Shown here piece by piece: positions 8,479 through 17,211 of a DNA stretch of 26,185 nt (positions within the stretch are counted from its first letter, which is position 1; each line of letters begins with the position of its first letter). The stretch comes from Oligoflexus sp. (lineage in GTDB: Bacteria; Bdellovibrionota_B; Oligoflexia; Oligoflexales; Oligoflexaceae): the NCBI GenBank assembly GCA_041736305.1, contig JBGSTX010000127.1:1-26185 (forward strand), in the 5' to 3' direction. The notes beneath the pieces were generated by a model. That model did no database searches. It was not told where the DNA came from and was given only the letters and a program-made list of their open reading frames with translations. The translations under genes were made by a program, and so were the position numbers.

Positions 8479-10746
8479 ATGTCTAGACCTTTAGAGAAAA
8501 CATCGATTCTGGAAAGCAGTCTCAAAATCGAAGGAATGACCTGCGCCTCCTGCGTAGCACGCATTGAAAAAGCCCTCGGCAAGGTAGCAGGAGTTCAGAC
8601 GGCTGCGATCAACCTGGCAACTGAAAAAGCGAGGGTCGATTACGATCCTGCCCTCACTTCGGAAGGAGCCTTGATCACCGCCATCGAGAAAGCCGGCTAT
8701 TCTGTAGAAATCCTCGAAAAGGAAGCACCCTTAGCGGCGGTGAAAAGCAGCGCAGATTCAGAAAAAAGCGAAAACTTGCGCAGGCAGATCATCATTGCGG
8801 CTCTCCTGTCCCTGCCCTTGGTGGCGCCTATGCTGCTCATGCCGCTGGGAATAGATGCTATGCTGCCGGGTTGGGTGCAGCTCGTGCTCGCTACTCCTGT
8901 TCAGTTCTGGCTCGGCCTCAGGTTCTATAAGAGTGCTTGGAAAGCTATCAAGGCTCGTGCAGGGAATATGGATCTGCTCGTTGCAATAGGGACTTCTGCC
9001 GCATACGGTCTCAGCGTCTACAATCTTTGGCGCTTCGAAGGGCATGCAGCGCAGCATCTCTACTTCGAGGGTGCTGCTGTCATCATCACGCTCGTCTTGC
9101 TCGGTAAGTATCTCGAAGCGCGGGCGCGGCAAGAAACCTCAAGGGCCATCAAGGCTCTTGAAGCCATACGTCCCCTTACAGCTCGGGTGCGAAAAGGTGG
9201 CATTGAAAAGGAACTGCCCATAGGCGAGCTTCGCCTCCAGGATCTCGTCATCGTGCGGCCCGGTGAGAAGATCCCGGTCGATGGAGAGGTGATTGAAGGC
9301 AGCAGTCAGGTCGATGAGGCCCTGATCAGTGGCGAGAGCAAAGCTCTCGCTAAGAAGGTTGGTGATCGCGTCATCGGGGGGGCTATCAATGGCGACGGCT
9401 TGCTCCTCGTCAAGACCACTGCGCTGGGAGCTGAGTCAACTTTAGCGCGCATCGTCCGGCTCGTCGAAAACGCTCAAGCCGCCAAAGCTCCGATTCAACG
9501 CATCGTCGATCAGGTCAGCGCTTGGTTCGTGCCGGCGGTTTTGGTGATTGCGCTTATTACTCTGCTCGCGTGGGGACTCAGCAGAGGGAACTGGGAGCAG
9601 GCGATTATCAACGCTGTAGCTGTTCTGGTCATCGCCTGCCCCTGTGCTCTGGGTCTCGCCACTCCTACGGCGATTCTAGTTGGTACTGGAGTAGCGGCGA
9701 AGGCAGGGATATTGATCAAAGACGCGGAGGTTCTCGAATTAGCTCACGGGGTGACTCTCGTCGCCTTCGATAAAACGGGAACTCTTACTGAGGGTCGTCC
9801 TCGCCTGGTGGCATTGCAGGAAGAGGGGATCAAGCGAGAGGACCTCCTAAAAACAGCAGCGGCGCTGCAATCAGGGAGTGAGCATCCGCTAGCTAAGGCT
9901 GTCCTCACAGCAGTAGCGGAAGAAGGGCTCTTATTCAGCCCAGCCGAAGAAAGCCAGGCGATTCCCGGTAAGGGCATCTCAGGGCGCGTCGCCGGACGAA
10001 AGAAGATACTCGGCACCCAGCGGCTCCTCGAAGAAGCTGGGATTGGCCTAGGGCAGCTCGCTGAGTTTGCTGCGCGCTATGAAAAAACCGGGCATACGCT
10101 CTCGTTCGTGGCTGATCTGGAGTCGAAGTCTGTGGCCGGCGTCTTAGCCTTCGATGATAGCGTGAAGCCCAGTGCTCACGGTGCGGTTCAGGCCCTAAAA
10201 AAGCTTGGTATTAAAATCGCAATGATGACTGGTGACAACCTAGGCAGCGCTGAGCGCGTGGCAAAGGACTTGGGTATTGCCAGCTTTCATGCAGGAGTGC
10301 TGCCGCAGCAGAAATCTGATCTGGTCGAAGAACTAAAAAAGACTGGGGAGATTGTCGCTATGGTTGGCGACGGGATCAACGATGCTCCCGCACTAGCCAG
10401 CGCTCAAGTAGGCATTGCGATGTCGACAGGAACCGATGTGGCAATGGCGACTGCAGGAATTACGCTGATGAGAGGTAATCCGCTGCTTATTCCAGATGCT
10501 CTCGCTATTTCTAAGCGTACCTATAGCAAGATCAAGCAGGGCCTCTTCTGGGCTTTCGCTTATAACGCCTTGGGTATTCCTCTCGCCGCTCTCGGTTATC
10601 TCAGCCCTATCGTTGCGGGAGGAGCTATGGCTTTTAGCAGTGTGAGCGTGGTGCTCAGTGCGCTTACTCTCCGATCTTGGCGACCTGAGGCAGGTCAAAA
10701 TGATAGCGAAATCAAAAGTTTAGGACTTGGCGGGAGTCGAAAATGA
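8479..10746 (+). CDS. copA: Copper-translocating P1B-1 ATPase
   Basis: N-terminal [44 protein letters not shown], and Cu(I)-type YN...MAFSS motifs; RBS AGGAGG. Confidence 0.95.
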   Translation: MSRPLEKTSILESSLKIEGMTCASCVARIEKALGKVAGVQTAAINLATEKARVDYDPALTSEGALITAIEKAGYSVEILEKEAPLAAVKSSADSEKSENLRRQIIIAALLSLPLVAPMLLMPLGIDAMLPGWVQLVLATPVQFWLGLRFYKSAWKAIKARAGNMDLLVAIGTSAAYGLSVYNLWRFEGHAAQHLYFEGAAVIITLVLLGKYLEARARQETSRAIKALEAIRPLTARVRKGGIEKELPIGELRLQDLVIVRPGEKIPVDGEVIEGSSQVDEALISGESKALAKKVGDRVIGGAINGDGLLLVKTTALGAESTLARIVRLVENAQAAKAPIQRIVDQVSAWFVPAVLVIALITLLAWGLSRGNWEQAIINAVAVLVIACPCALGLATPTAILVGTGVAAKAGILIKDAEVLELAHGVTLVAFDKTGTLTEGRPRLVALQEEGIKREDLLKTAAALQSGSEHPLAKAVLTAVAEEGLLFSPAEESQAIPGKGISGRVAGRKKILGTQRLLEEAGIGLGQLAEFAARYEKTGHTLSFVADLESKSVAGVLAFDDSVKPSAHGAVQALKKLGIKIAMMTGDNLGSAERVAKDLGIASFHAGVLPQQKSDLVEELKKTGEIVAMVGDGINDAPALASAQVGIAMSTGTDVAMATAGITLMRGNPLLIPDALAISKRTYSKIKQGLFWAFAYNALGIPLAALGYLSPIVAGGAMAFSSVSVVLSALTLRSWRPEAGQNDSEIKSLGLGGSRK

Positions 10747-10996
10747 CAAAAGTTTTCGGACTTACGCGCTTCTTACTCGAGAGAAAAGCTGTCACGGGGG
10801 TGATATCCCGGACTCCTTGCTACTCCTTCGTTTGAGCAGCAAAAGCTGAGGCAAAGGCTGTCGAATATCGTCGAAGCTTCCCCTCAAGCATGCTTTAATA
10901 GCAAAAGCAGGAGCATTTATGCCTAAATGGCGTAATTACCTGCTCCGTTCATCTCGGAATAAGCCCAACTCATCCCAGTTAGAAGGAGCTCTCACT

Positions 10997-11446
10997 ATGT
11001 CGGAGCCTGTAAAAAACACTCACAGTGTCGCCGTTGGTTATCTCCTGTGGATTTTCGGCTTTTTAGGTGCTCATCGCTTCTACTATGGCAAGCCAGTCAC
11101 CGGAGCCTTGTGGTTCGGAACTCTAGGACTTTTGGGCGTAGGCTGGCTGATCGATGTCTTTTTGATTCCCAGTATGGATGCTAAAGCCGATAGAAAGTAC
11201 GTCCAAGGACCACTGGATTACAATCTCGTGTGGGCCGCTCTGACTTTCTTTGGAGTGTTTGGAGTCCACCGCTTCATCATGGGCAAGTGGTTATCCGGGA
11301 TAGTCTACTTCTTTACCTTCGGGCTCTTTTTCTTCGGTATACTCTACGATTTCTTCACTCTGAACGATCAGATCGATACCTACAATCGCAAGAGCTCTTT
11401 TGAGCGCGTTGGTCCTACTGGTACAAGCTTAAGACCACAGGTCTGA
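10997..11446 (+). CDS. TM2/NINE-domain membrane protein with two TM2 repeats
   Basis: Two repeats: YLLWIFGFLGAHRFYYGK...FGTLGLLGVGWLID and FFGVFGVHRFIMGKW...FFTFGLFFFGILYD. RBS AAGGAG precedes ATG 10997. Confidence 0.85.
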   Translation: MSEPVKNTHSVAVGYLLWIFGFLGAHRFYYGKPVTGALWFGTLGLLGVGWLIDVFLIPSMDAKADRKYVQGPLDYNLVWAALTFFGVFGVHRFIMGKWLSGIVYFFTFGLFFFGILYDFFTLNDQIDTYNRKSSFERVGPTGTSLRPQV

Positions 11447-11465
11447 GAAAAATTCCAAAATTCCT

Positions 11466-11490
11466 AGGCTCCGGATCTGGAGCCTTCTCT
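11466..11490 (+). terminator. Possible weak terminator or stabilising hairpin between the TM2 gene and the oxidase
   Basis: AGGCTCC-ggatct-GGAGCCT (11466-11485) followed by a pyrimidine run; no strong U-tract. Confidence 0.35.
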
Positions 11491-11509
11491 GACTTCTCCT
11501 GAGGATCTC

Positions 11510-12553
11510 ATGTATTTTTTCCATGTGATTTTTTCTGTGGCCCTCCTGGCCGCTTCTGCTTTGGCCTGCACTTCTATGAGCTCGAAGCCCGCTCCTAGCG
11601 AAGTAACAAGCAGCAGTTACCAGCCGAGAACCCGAGAATATTTTGTAGCTGCAGAAACAGTCCAGTGGAACTACGCTCCCGGCGGCAAAAACCTCATCCA
11701 GCCCGACAGTGATCTGGGCGTTTGGGGGAAGCCGCTGGTCTATGAAAAGCTACGCTATATCGAATACACCGACGCCAGCTTCAAAGAACAGAAGCCGCAG
11801 GATCCCCACCTCGGCATTCTGGGTCCCGTGATCCGCGGGGCGGTCGGCGATACCCTGCGCATTCATTTCATCAATCGAACCAAAATTCCTGTCAATATGC
11901 ATCCGCACGGTGTCCTCTATAACAAGGACAACGAAGGGGCCCACTACGGTGGGCAGGTGTCCAAAGGCCAGCACATCATGCCCGGCGAACAGTATACCTA
12001 CACTTGGGAAATTCCTGAAAGAGCTGGGCCCGGCCCAAGTGATGGGAGCTCAGTAGTCTGGATGTACCATAGTCACGATCACTCTGGATTGGGCATCTAC
12101 AAAGGTTTGATCGGTCCCATGGTCGTCACCGATCCACGCTTTGCTAGGGATGATGCTCGGCCGAAAGATGTGGATAAGGAGCTCTTCAATCTCTTCTTTA
12201 TTTTCAACGAGAACAAGGAAGGTCAAGAAGAGGAAAAGCACCTGAAGCATGCGATTAACGGCCGCATCTTCGCCAACCTTCCCGGCCTCACCATGCAAGA
12301 AGGCGATACGGTGCGCTGGTATCTGATCGGCATGGGCAACGAAGTCGACCTGCATACTCCCCACTGGCACGGAGAGACCGTGCTCTGGCAGGGTTTGCGT
12401 AAAGATGTAGTGGAACTTCTACCGGCGTCTTTGCTCACAGTCGATATGCAGGCAGGCAACGTAGGAACCTGGATGTATCACTGCCACGTCATCGATCATG
12501 TTCATGCGGGAATGAGCGCTCTCTATACGATAGAGCCGAAAAAGAAGAACTAG
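11510..12553 (+). CDS. Exported two-domain multicopper oxidase, ceruloplasmin/hephaestin-like
   Basis: Signal peptide ending SALAC (possible lipoprotein). Domain 1 has HPHG and WMYHSH; domain 2 has HTPHWHG and WMYHCHVIDHVHAGM (type-1 Cu with axial Met). Confidence 0.9.
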   Translation: MYFFHVIFSVALLAASALACTSMSSKPAPSEVTSSSYQPRTREYFVAAETVQWNYAPGGKNLIQPDSDLGVWGKPLVYEKLRYIEYTDASFKEQKPQDPHLGILGPVIRGAVGDTLRIHFINRTKIPVNMHPHGVLYNKDNEGAHYGGQVSKGQHIMPGEQYTYTWEIPERAGPGPSDGSSVVWMYHSHDHSGLGIYKGLIGPMVVTDPRFARDDARPKDVDKELFNLFFIFNENKEGQEEEKHLKHAINGRIFANLPGLTMQEGDTVRWYLIGMGNEVDLHTPHWHGETVLWQGLRKDVVELLPASLLTVDMQAGNVGTWMYHCHVIDHVHAGMSALYTIEPKKKN

Positions 12554-12582
12554 GGCGGGCTGATGATAGCGAAAATAAGAAG

Positions 12583-12610
12583 GCCGGCTTAGGGCAAATC
12601 CTAAGCCGGC
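12583..12610. terminator. Intrinsic terminator-like hairpin after the oxidase gene
   Basis: 11-bp perfect stem GCCGGCTTAGG-gcaaat-CCTAAGCCGGC, 30 nt after the stop codon; the U-rich tail is better on the minus strand. Confidence 0.6.
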
Positions 12611-13004
12611 TGAGAGTCTTTTGAGTTCAGCGAGATTATTGCTTCAGCATTTTGAAGACATACTTCTTGGTTTAGCTGCAAACAGCAAAGGAAAAGATCT
12701 TGATTTCTATGTTTACGTGGAATTCGATCGATAACCAAGATTCAGCCTGTACCACCACAAACTGACTTTCGGCAATGGGGGATATACCCCATTCAAATAC
12801 AATACCCACAGAGCCTTGCGTATTTTTCACGTTAAAAAAATCTTCAAACGCGCTACTTTTCCAACTGCAAATTGCGAATACTATTCACTTCTCAATCCAT
12901 ACCAAAATCTCATTAAACTTCTGAGGGCATTAGGGCGAAGGACTGTTCATCCTGTGCACATGAAGGCACTCGAATGTTTCATAAACTTGATGGAGATCTT
13001 TTAC

Positions 13005-15410
13005 ATGATCCTTAAGCCAATCCTCAAAAAAACTGCCTTGCTCGGGGTTGCTTCACTATTGGTAGTGGCATCCTGTGGCAAGAAAAAAAGCAGTTCCAGC
13101 ACATCGGGCACCGATGGCTCAGTCGAACCCAATGAAGACACTCTGGTAACATTGGCAACCGGCGCTCTGCAACTGGCGGGCGAAGTCACAATTCTGAAAG
13201 GCAAGGACGCGGGCGCGTCGCTGGCGATGAAGGAAGTTTCTTTCAAACTCGCAGGTGAACGCACTGTCCGTCTTCGTATGACGAATGAAGCCTTTGAAGA
13301 CGTCGAAAAAGCAGGCGAGATTATGTGCTTTCTGGCTCAAACCAAATTCTGGGAACAGGCCAACGCGGGTATATACCAAGCCCAGGTTGATGAGAATAAA
13401 TGTAAAAGCGAAAACAGTGGTGGTGGCGGTGGCGAAGGCGGCGGTGGTTCCAGTGACAACCAGGCACCTCAGCTGATGACCACATACGTGAAAGCAACTC
13501 GGGAAGAAGGCAAACCTCTGATCGCCGAAATGCGTCTCGCAGCGGGTGATAAAGAAGGTGCTTACTACCACGTTAAGGTTGTTATCGTTGAGCCACCTTC
13601 GGAAGCTGCTCCGGCTGGTATCTTTGATATGCGCTATACAGCCCATATGGGAGGCCAGATTGGCACCAAAGGCTTTATTCGCACCAAGCGTCTTACCGGC
13701 GACAAATTCGTTTTGGAAACTGGTAGCTTTGGCAGCGAAGGCAATCGCAAAGAAGACTCCAAAGGTATTGCTGAGTTGGAAGTCCTTGATGAAAACACCG
13801 TAACGGGCTACGTGCACAGCGATTCCTCCTACTCAGGAGAAGACGACGGCCACACCTATAGTAAGGCTTCCAAAGGTATCGCTCGTTTTGATGCCAACTT
13901 TCTCAATGTCAACTTTTCAGTCACTCAGAATAACGGAGGTTCAGAAGGTGCAGCCACCGAGGAACTCAAAGGCTGCTACGATCTAAATAAATTCAAAACC
14001 GCGATCTTCCGCTACGACCTTGTCGACTCAACAGGCGCAACTGTGAAGCGCAACTCTGGATTCCCAGTTGAATTTACCAAAGACGGTAAAAGCCGTCACG
14101 GCTGGGCCGGCTATCACGGTCTGTGGCTGGGTGAAAACGGTGCTGCGAGTGCTGGTATGACCATCAACAAAGTTGAATGGACCAATGGCAGCAAGGTGAG
14201 CACACCGTACACCGTGTTTGCTGCTCCTGGCAAACTCACTAAATTAACCAAGTCTACTGTGACCCTTGGCGCTCTGAAAGGGGCCGATCTCAACTTCTGG
14301 GACGGCGGCAGCAGCTACATCATCAAATGGGACGGCACGAGCCTCAGCAAAACAGCGAAGGTTACCCACAGTAACAATGGTCCTCAAGAAGAAGCCGCAA
14401 CTGGTGCTGTGGTTATACCTGAATGGGGCGCAAACCTTTGGGTTCCAAGTTTGAATGCCAATATTCAAATTTCGAAACAGATGACACTGAGTGACAATCT
14501 CACTTTGAGCTATCACTCCCAAAAGATTGTTTCTGGTACCGCAGAGGTTCCGACCTGTAATCTGGTTTGTTTCCAAAATTGTCCTGTGATGACGCCTGCT
14601 GCCGCCGCTTTCAATCGCTCGCAAGGCGGACAGCAACAGGGTCCTCAGGTGTCAGATCTTTATCACAAAGCCAATGTATCTTGGGGAAATCAGAGCTATT
14701 CCTCCAACCAATCCCAAAACATCACCACCCCCATGGCCACCTATACCTGGGATAGCACAAACCACAACCTAAAACAGGATGGAGCAGCATTTGTTCTGCC
14801 TTCGGGTTTGCCAACGGACCAGAACTCCATGCAGAACATGCAGAACGTCTGGTCAGGTGCCTTGGTTTGCGCGGACACCCACACTGCTATCGCTGATAAA
14901 ACTATCGACCCATGGCGCTTGTCCAACGAAGTGGCCACTTACTACACCTTTGAATCTGGCGCGATGGATTGGAACCGTTTCACAGGCCTCAGAGATGCCA
15001 ATGGACAATTCGTTGTCTTCGACGCACCTTTGGAACTGACCTATACTCACACGACAGCTAACGACTGGGACGGCAACACTGACACTGGGTTCATTGGCAA
15101 AAACTTCCGTCTGCAGTATGCAGGTCCAGGCCAACTCCAAGGTATCCCTTGGAAGTACGCAAAAGAAATCGGTCACCACATGCCTCTCTTTAGTATCAAA
15201 AGCGGAACAACCGTTGGCGACTATACAGTGTATGCTGTTGATGGCGAGCAACGCCTTGCCAAAGCCGCTGATGAAGCCAGCTGTGCGGCGCTACCTTTGG
15301 ACAGCGCTCCGACCCTTCCTTCAGTTGACAACCTGACAACCGTTGATGTTGGTGCAATCGGTGACGAGTCTTCGGAACTTCGCTACGTCGGTGGCGTTGC
15401 CACTGAGTAA
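13005..15410 (+). CDS. Large uncharacterised lipoprotein (801 aa), probably surface-exposed and beta-rich
   Basis: GGAG RBS, then MILKPILKKTALLGVASLLVVASC (lipobox VASC) and a Ser/Gly linker. Long open frame with Gly-rich spacers and several Cys. The ORF-track start at 12816 is implausible. Confidence 0.85.
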   Translation: MILKPILKKTALLGVASLLVVASCGKKKSSSSTSGTDGSVEPNEDTLVTLATGALQLAGEVTILKGKDAGASLAMKEVSFKLAGERTVRLRMTNEAFEDVEKAGEIMCFLAQTKFWEQANAGIYQAQVDENKCKSENSGGGGGEGGGGSSDNQAPQLMTTYVKATREEGKPLIAEMRLAAGDKEGAYYHVKVVIVEPPSEAAPAGIFDMRYTAHMGGQIGTKGFIRTKRLTGDKFVLETGSFGSEGNRKEDSKGIAELEVLDENTVTGYVHSDSSYSGEDDGHTYSKASKGIARFDANFLNVNFSVTQNNGGSEGAATEELKGCYDLNKFKTAIFRYDLVDSTGATVKRNSGFPVEFTKDGKSRHGWAGYHGLWLGENGAASAGMTINKVEWTNGSKVSTPYTVFAAPGKLTKLTKSTVTLGALKGADLNFWDGGSSYIIKWDGTSLSKTAKVTHSNNGPQEEAATGAVVIPEWGANLWVPSLNANIQISKQMTLSDNLTLSYHSQKIVSGTAEVPTCNLVCFQNCPVMTPAAAAFNRSQGGQQQGPQVSDLYHKANVSWGNQSYSSNQSQNITTPMATYTWDSTNHNLKQDGAAFVLPSGLPTDQNSMQNMQNVWSGALVCADTHTAIADKTIDPWRLSNEVATYYTFESGAMDWNRFTGLRDANGQFVVFDAPLELTYTHTTANDWDGNTDTGFIGKNFRLQYAGPGQLQGIPWKYAKEIGHHMPLFSIKSGTTVGDYTVYAVDGEQRLAKAADEASCAALPLDSAPTLPSVDNLTTVDVGAIGDESSELRYVGGVATE

Positions 15411-15436
15411 GCGCTCTTAAGATCAGAAGTTTTCCA

Positions 15437-15466
15437 AAGACTGTAAGGGACCTCCCTTACAGTCTT
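15437..15466 (+). terminator. Rho-independent terminator of the lipoprotein gene, with its U-tract cut off by the IS left end
   Basis: 13-bp perfect stem AAGACTGTAAGGG-acct-CCCTTACAGTCTT starting 26 nt after the stop codon; the IS inverted repeat starts at the next base. Confidence 0.85.
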
Positions 15467-15480
15467 CTTAAGTTTGGACA
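15467..15480 (+). repeat. IS left terminal inverted repeat CTTAAGTTTGGACA
   Basis: The reverse complement of 16968-16981 is CTTAACTTTGGACA (one mismatch). Confidence 0.85.
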
Positions 15481-15565
15481 AAAAAATACTCATTTCTAGA
15501 AAATAAATAGACCTTCCGATGACTTGGCCTAAAGTGGAGCTACCAAACTTTCACTAGGAGGCCAC

Positions 15566-16964
15566 ATGGAAGGTCTACTAGAAACACTTCTAAGACTAAT
15601 CTCGCCCTGGGACAATTTATTTCCACGAAACAAGTCATCTTTTCGAGCCAAAGCCATGTGCATCAGCCTTTTGATGGCTATGGGGAGAAAATTATTTACG
15701 CGTGCTTTAGCCGCATCGGGGCGCGATCAGCTCGACTGGAGTGCTGACTACAGACTTTTCAGTCGGTGTCGTTGGAGTCCTTGTCATTTGTTTCGGCCAA
15801 TACTTCGAGAGGCTGCAAAGCTTGTAGACGAGGCCCTGATTGCAGTTGCCTTTGATGATACCTTGATAAGGAAGACTGGTAAAAAGATTAAGGGAACTTC
15901 GTGGCAGCGAGATAGCCCGCTCGCCTCATTTTTCTATAAATTTTGTCTGGGGGATGCGTTATCTGCAGGCTTCGCTTCTACTTCCTCTTTATAAACGGTC
16001 AGAGCCAAAGCCTTGTCGTGCTATTCCCGTGCAGTTTGCTCAGCTGCCTAAGTTTAAAAAGCTGAGAAAAAAGGTCAGCCCAGAGGAATGGCAATCTTAC
16101 GCAGACCTAATAAAAAGACACAATACTTCTACTGAGTTTGTAAAGCAGCTTCGCTATCTTCGCAACGAGCTCAACCTGCAGGGTTTTAAGGATAAAAAAT
16201 TGTTAGCCGTCGTCGACGGTTCGTTTGTAAATAGAACATGCCTTCTCTCTGACATTGCTAATACCGACATTGTCGGCAGGACACGGAAAAACGCACGCTT
16301 CTTTTTTCGAGCTTCAAAAAAAAAGGGGAGGCGATTTTACGATCCCCAAAGCTATACTGCACAAGAGCTTAGAAAAAACTACAGCGTGCCCTACACGGTG
16401 GCAACAGCTTACTGTGCTGGCGATTATCGAGAGGTACGTTACAAAGAATATAAAGAAGTCTTTTGGAAATGGGGCACTAAAAGAAAGCCCCTTCGACTTA
16501 TCACAATCGCACCTACGCCCTATTGGAAAACTCATTATAGTAATCTCAATTATCGCGACCCCGCTTATCTGCTTACCACTAATTTTGATCTACCTGCGCT
16601 GGTCCTTATTCAGAAGTACCTCGACCGCTGGCAGATAGAAGTCAATTTTAAGGAAGAAAAAAGTCAAATGAGTCTCGGCAGGCAACAGGTGTGGTCGGAA
16701 AGATCCATTCCTAGAGCACCCGCGTTCATAGCTGCAAGCTATGCTGCTCTTATGCTTGCGGGTGTTTTACATTTTCACGATCATAGGTCCGAGGAAGTCT
16801 TTGGAATCCAGCCTAAATGGCGAAAAAAAGATGGCCTTCGGCCTTCTTTTGCGGATTATATGACGGTATTAAGGCGGGAAATGCTCGAAAAAGTTGAATT
16901 TGCTATGGACGGACCGCGTTTGAAATTCGAAAAATCGAAGGTCATTTCTTCAGCTGCGGCGTAG
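15566..16964 (+). pseudogene. DDE transposase split by a +1 frameshift near 15911-15925
   Basis: The N-terminal part has AFDDTLIRKTGKKI...WQRD. The next frame continues SPHFSINFVWGMRYLQAS...VVDGSF...YLDRWQIEVNFKEEK (Y-2-R-3-E-6-K signature). The span is 1399 nt; removing one base gives a 465-aa ORF. RBS GGAGG. Confidence 0.88.
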
Positions 16965-16967
16965 CTA

Positions 16968-16981
16968 TGTCCAAAGTTAAG
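16968..16981 (-). repeat. IS right terminal inverted repeat
   Basis: TGTCCAAAGTTAAG, 3 nt after the transposase stop codon. Confidence 0.85.
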
Positions 16982-17022
16982 TGTCACTGCAAGGGAAGTG
17001 CGAAGACTTAATCTGTTTAAAT

Positions 17023-17095
17023 GAACCGCCGGATACGGAACCGTACGTCCGGTGGTGTAGGAGGTCGAGGGGCGCAAGCTCCTCTCCTACCTAAT
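17023..17095 (+). ncRNA. Group II intron (class IIC) 3' remnant: domains V and VI
   Basis: DV reads ACCGCCGGA-UACG-GAAC-CGUA-CG-UCCGGUGGU, with CGC triad, GAAC tetraloop and CG bulge, all class IIC hallmarks. DVI is GAGGGGC-GCAA-GCUCCUC with a basal stem, a bulged A at 17089 (position -7) and terminal AU at 17094-17095. Confidence 0.92.
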
Positions 17096-17211
17096 TCGTT
17101 GTACCAGCTGACGAACTCAGATATCCATGCAGACGCTGATTCTAGGCTTTCAAAAGTTTTACTTGGGTAGGCAGGAGGGGGGCTTTTTTTAGTCTAGCTT
17201 GGCAAAAGAGG

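Larger units (their letters stand above)
15467..16981 (+). mobile_element. Insertion sequence (1515 bp), IS4/IS701-like DDE type
   Basis: 14-bp terminal inverted repeats (13/14 match) enclose one transposase reading unit; no flanking target-site duplication is visible. Confidence 0.88.

Noticed and set aside
12621-12733. 37-aa TTG-initiated small ORF
   Set aside because: No convincing RBS or motif, and it lies just after a terminator-like hairpin.
12816-13004. Longer start for the large lipoprotein
   Set aside because: It would bury the signal peptide; the RBS and lipobox favour 13005.
16316-16328. A9G4 run in the transposase as a programmed -1 frameshift site
   Set aside because: The frame through it is already correct, with the YREK motif downstream in frame.
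16998-17002. GTGCG as a 5' splice site making a ~100-nt mini-intron
   Set aside because: There is no room for domains I-III; a chance 5-mer in the ORF remnant is more likely.
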